NCBI GenBank assembly: GCA_012295275.1
Contig: CM022673.1
Coordinates: 8,866,001 to 8,930,000, forward strand
Direction of reading: 5' to 3'
DNA from: Chrysomallon squamiferum
Taxonomy: Eukaryota > Animalia > Mollusca
DNA: 64,000 bases
Of the stretch, positions 47,163-64,000 are shown one piece after another. The position numbers were made by a program, and so were the translations under genes. How positions within the stretch are numbered: position 1 is the stretch's first letter; each line of letters begins with the position of its first letter. The notes beneath the pieces are model-generated. The model saw nothing but the letters and a program-made list of their open reading frames with translations, was not told the origin of the DNA and searched no databases.

Positions 47163-47363
47163 AATTCGCCATTTTCTCTTAGTCTAAAAATACCTAAACG
47201 TATCCCAAAATGTCACGTGATCATATCATATAAGAAATCTGTGACTAGCATTAATAACGGTTAATATTAAAACTGGCTGACGAATTCTTAATTACTTATT
47301 TGCTCATTTGATCACGTGATGTTTGTGGGATACACAAAGTTTTAACTCACGAAATATGCAAAT
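47163..47363. mobile_element. Degenerate MITE-like fold-back element
   Basis: Arms GTATCCCAAAATGTCACGTGATCA (47200-47223) and TGATCACGTGATGTTTGTGGGATAC (47309-47333) are near reverse complements; weaker symmetry extends inward and outward. Confidence 0.55.
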
Positions 47364-48479
47364 CTGTGATCTAAATTATGCGAAAAAATTATTGAATTAT
47401 TATGCAACGAAAACACTATTTTATAAATATCTCGGGACCATTTTTTCCTAGTCATAAAGAATGCCATCAAAATAAAACTGAACGAAAGAGTGTTAGACAG
47501 CAATATTCTTTCCTTCTCGCATGATTGTATGCTTCTGAACTGTCAAGGATAAAGAACATTTTGTTTATTTTAATCTCTGAATCTTTTAATATATCTTCTT
47601 CTATTTACAATAGATGCATTTATCTTTTCTTTTTTTTTTTTTTTTTTTTTATTATTATTATTTTGTTGTTGTTATTGTTGTTTTTTCGCTGTTGTATTTT
47701 ATTTCGTTCAAAACATAGAAGGTTTTGAATGATGACTTCTAGCTTTGACATTTTAACATGTGATATCTTTCCTCGATCTTTTAACAAGTTAAAACACATT
47801 AACACTTAAGTATCACTGATTTGTATCTCACTCTTTGCAGTTCCCTAGACCACAAGTTTTTTTTTGTAAATTATATTATTCCTTGTTATGTGCTTCGTTC
47901 CAGAGTATTCGCGTAAACTATATTTATGACTTCGTTATGTTGGCATGGCAGAAAAATATGAATATTGTGAGACGTCGGAGAGAAATATATTTGTAATAAA
48001 TAAAAAAATACATATCTACACATGTCTAACTAATGTCTGGATGTCAGAATGAAAAGTGAATTTTTATATATTTTTGGAAAATATGCCGTTAAACGCTTAT
48101 AAAATATTTTAATATGACGTCCGTCATTTGTCCATCGCTCTCTCTCTCTCTCTGTCTTTCGTTCTGTCTTTCAATCACGTGTATATATCATATGTATGTA
48201 GGAATGTATATGTGTATATATATATGTGTATGTATGTATGTTGTTTAGGATTTCGTATGAAAGAAAGAAAAAAAAACGAAAGACAGAAAAGAGAAAGGAA
48301 GAAAAGAATAAGGAATGTAAGTTTGATGGTGACGGCAAAAAAAGAAAAAGTTTGTTTTTAAAAATCGGCTTTTCATGTCGTGTTTTCAAACTTGAGAAAA
48401 CGAAATTAAAGGTCTTTTAGCGAACGCCATAAGACGAAGAACAGAAAATTAATAAGAAATGGAAATAACGACAGAAAGA

Positions 48480-49320
48480 AATAAACACTCTAGCCATTCG
48501 GACGAGATGAGTCAGAAAAACCCATCAGCCGACGTCTAACTGCACAAATTTTCCTTTGTACGACATCATAAGGCATCGTTTAATGACTGGGGCATGCCCC
48601 TTCAATCAGGACGTTATGTCGCTCCCGGGCTTCCACGCTGGAAGAAACCATTTCCGTCGGACTAGCGTCTCGGATCATTCTGACTGAGGTTCCTGCTGAT
48701 TAAATTAGCCCTCCTTCACGTCAGCGCCAGAAGAACAAGAAGAAGAAAAAAAAGGGAAACCGGGTGAAATAAAGCGGCCAGCGTTTTAGTCACTTTTTTT
48801 TTCTTTTTCTTTATTACTTCTTATCAAGCAGACTTCAGCTTGTCGTCAAAATCTCGATGACACTACAGTTCCTTTTCTTCGCTGGAAAAATTCTTCAGAA
48901 AACATGGAACAAATCTCCAAATGAACCTTTTTTTTTCTTGCGACATCTTCATGGGATATAAACATCGGTACTTCTTTCGGTGGCGAAATCAGCTACTATT
49001 CATTAGAAGGTCTTTAACGGCTCTAGTGACAATTCATCTCCGCTGGGCGAGCAAAACATGTTTACGATTAGTGTCTTACCTCTGACGTGGCTCTTTACGC
49101 TTCGAGGCTCCAATAAGAAAAGTGCATCATCGTCTGCTTATTAACGAACACCACTCTCTTTGGTCGCTTTGTTCCGACGTGCAGCAACTAAATGGATAGG
49201 CGGTGCGAAGAATTTAGACAATCAATATATATATACACGAGTCAGCTGCTCCTAATTCGACACACACAACGTCGCAGTTTCGTCTTGTCATTCAAATTCC
49301 CTCAATTCGTGATAGCTAAT
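48480..49320 (+). promoter_or_regulatory. Candidate promoter / 5' UTR region of the receptor gene
   Basis: One of the longest repeat-poor CpG-rich stretches, 0.5-1.3 kb upstream of the ATG; TGAGTCA (48508-48514), TCACGTCA (48716-48723), TGACGTGG (49083-49090), CCAAT (49110-49114), Inr-like TCATTC (49288-49293). Confidence 0.45.
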
Positions 49321-49822
49321 TTTTCATTCCAAAACATGTAAACGACAAAGAAATTCTGGTCAAAAAAATATATATTAAATAAGAAGAGATATTTTAAAAA
49401 TTTCCAATTTGCAATTGTAATGAACACATTCGCTTTCTAATCTGTATTTGATCATCAAATTATAATTTCTCGGTCAAAAATTTGTTTTTTTTAATTTTTT
49501 AAATTTATATGAAATAACAAAAACATATAAGAAAGAAAAAAACAACAACAAAAAACAGAGAATATAATTTTTCCGTTAACGTTCTTGATTCAAAAAAAGA
49601 ACAAAAATATCAGCAAACGTGTCAGTATTCTTCAGAGAAATCGTTTATTAATTTTGTTTTCGGAATAACTTACGCATAAATCTTGTGAAATTGGAAACAG
49701 AAGTGACGAGAGGACTGCCGCGGCATCACGAATTATCGTGTTAGTCTAGATCTTTCCACTCTGTGTTTGGACTTTGCTGAAACAAGGAACTCTGCTGTAG
49801 AACACAACTCCGCTGTCTAAAG

Positions 49823-62133
<12,311 letters not shown>

Positions 62134-62216
62134 GTACATGTAATAATGTAGTGTATGTGTGTGTTTGTGTGTGTGTTTTTGCCTATTTATGATTGTGTTC
62201 TTGACCTTTTTATTGT

Positions 62217-62274
<58 letters not shown>

Positions 62275-62853
62275 TTTCTGCCTATTTATATCTGATAATT
62301 TATATATGTATGTTTATTGTTTCCCATGCTTATTAAGACCTTTTTATTCCGTTTAATACATAATTCAAAAATATACTCACATATTCAAGACATATCACTA
62401 AAGACATCTAGACAGACAAATATTTTACTTCATTAGTTCTGGACAGGAAAAGACAACACAAATTGGTACACAGAAGAAAAATACGCTACTTCAGTTGTCC
62501 ATAAATTCGATTAAAAATTTCATGGTCTGGATCATGACAAGTCAATAAGTCATACAACTTGGCTGAAACTAACTCAGCGGGTTTAAGGTCCAGCAGGGCA
62601 CGAAAGAGACACACAACTCAAACGATCAATGACTGAATTCTGCTTCACACTTGTTTCTGAATTGAAGCAAGTGGCGTCTTGTCGGTCCTTCTGTTTCATG
62701 AAGGGAATAGAAGATTTTGTTTCACGTGTGATTTATTGACGATTGCATAGACATGGAGTAATTATGTTTTGGCTAAACCGCAGTGCAAATTCCTTAGAGT
62801 TTAGAACGAGTAGATGGAAATTCTCTTCCACGTTGTGTTAAATTAATTAAGTT

Positions 62854-62922
62854 GCTTTTCAGAGTTCTCTTATAACGCTTTTCAGAGTTCTCTTGTAACG
62901 CTTTTCAGCGATCTTTTGTAAC
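62854..62922. repeat. Minisatellite, 23-bp unit x3 (intron 4)
   Basis: GCTTTTCAGAGTTCTCTTRTAAC twice plus a diverged third copy. Confidence 0.85.
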
Positions 62923-63055
62923 GATCTGGAGCGTTTTAGAATAGCACTGAAACAGAGAGAGAAAGAAGAATGAACGAAAAAAGTTTTAAAATGACAAAAA
63001 AGAAAAAAACAAATGAATAACTGAAAAAAGAAGAAGAAAAACATGGAGACAGATA

Positions 63056-63094
<39 letters not shown>

Positions 63095-63495
63095 GCATAG
63101 ATACAAAGACACGTACAAATGTACATACAATCATGGATACATATATCTACCTATTGGACAGTCACTCATCCCCAGAAAGTTAAAAACAATGGACAGTTAT
63201 CCACATCCAGTCACTCTTATCTGTTTGTCTGTCTGTACTCTGTCTGTCTGTATGTCTGTTTGTTTGTTTTATTTGATATATTATAAAAGTGGCTTATTTT
63301 AAGATTCATTGTTGTTCCAGATTATGAAAGATAGAATTATTCTAATTGATGGGAAAATTGCAATCGAAGTCCCAAAAGCTCATAAAATCCTTTGACCGTA
63401 GATTATTATGATATTTTGATTGCAATTATTTCATTATTTGTGTTTTGATAAAAGAAACTGGTATGTGAAATTAATTTTATTTATTGTTTTGTTAA

Positions 63496-63530
<35 letters not shown>

Positions 63531-63962
63531 CTATCTGACATAATTCCCACTTGTCTAATTTGACTTGTTTGGCAGAAAAGGCTACTTTACATAAAACGAG
63601 GATAACTGAAAAAATACATTTGCGATAAAACCATGCATAAAAAATATTCAAATGAATTGAAAAACAACATACTAGTATCGTATACAACACTTCTGGGATT
63701 TATAACTAGTAGCCACAAACAAAGGGCATTTGTATTTATGTAAATGCGACCGAATAAGGAAATAAGTCTATATACATTTATCATTTTTATTTTCTTGCTA
63801 TCTGTGATGCTTTCATTAAAACAGCCAGTACTTGTTCATATCGGGTATACATTGCAGATATTGCAAATTATTTTTTAAAATTCTGACAGTAATAAATATT
63901 ATTTTCGATGCTGAGTAACAGTTTCTAAAATTAACTCGTGTCTGTACTTCTGACGATACGCA

Positions 63963-64000
<38 letters not shown>

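Overview
This is AT-rich, microsatellite-dense eukaryotic (animal) genomic DNA. The (AG)n/(TAG)n/(ATAC)n/(AAT)n load looks mollusc- or cephalopod-like, but that is inference. Almost all listed ORFs are microsatellite artefacts. The one well-supported gene is the 5' part of a + strand class B1 (secretin-family) GPCR of the calcitonin/CGRP/DH31-receptor type. It has four phase-compatible GT-AG exons (49823-49934, 58195-58305, 59681-59775, 62027-62133) encoding about 142 aa: the six-cysteine hormone-binding ectodomain plus TM1. The gene continues beyond the window. The roughly 48 kb upstream has no recognisable coding sequence and consists of CpG-retaining unique islands between simple repeats. 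It carries a tandem CTCF-like site pair, a ZNF143/ETS cluster, an old duplicated island, a near-identical 89-bp element tied to (CT)n, a MITE-like inverted repeat, LINE/SINE relics and several minisatellites. The receptor itself has three oddities: no signal peptide, Cys-Cys in place of the TM1 Gly-His/Tyr, and an in-frame (ATT)n after the ectodomain exon that would encode a membrane anchor if intron 3 were retained.
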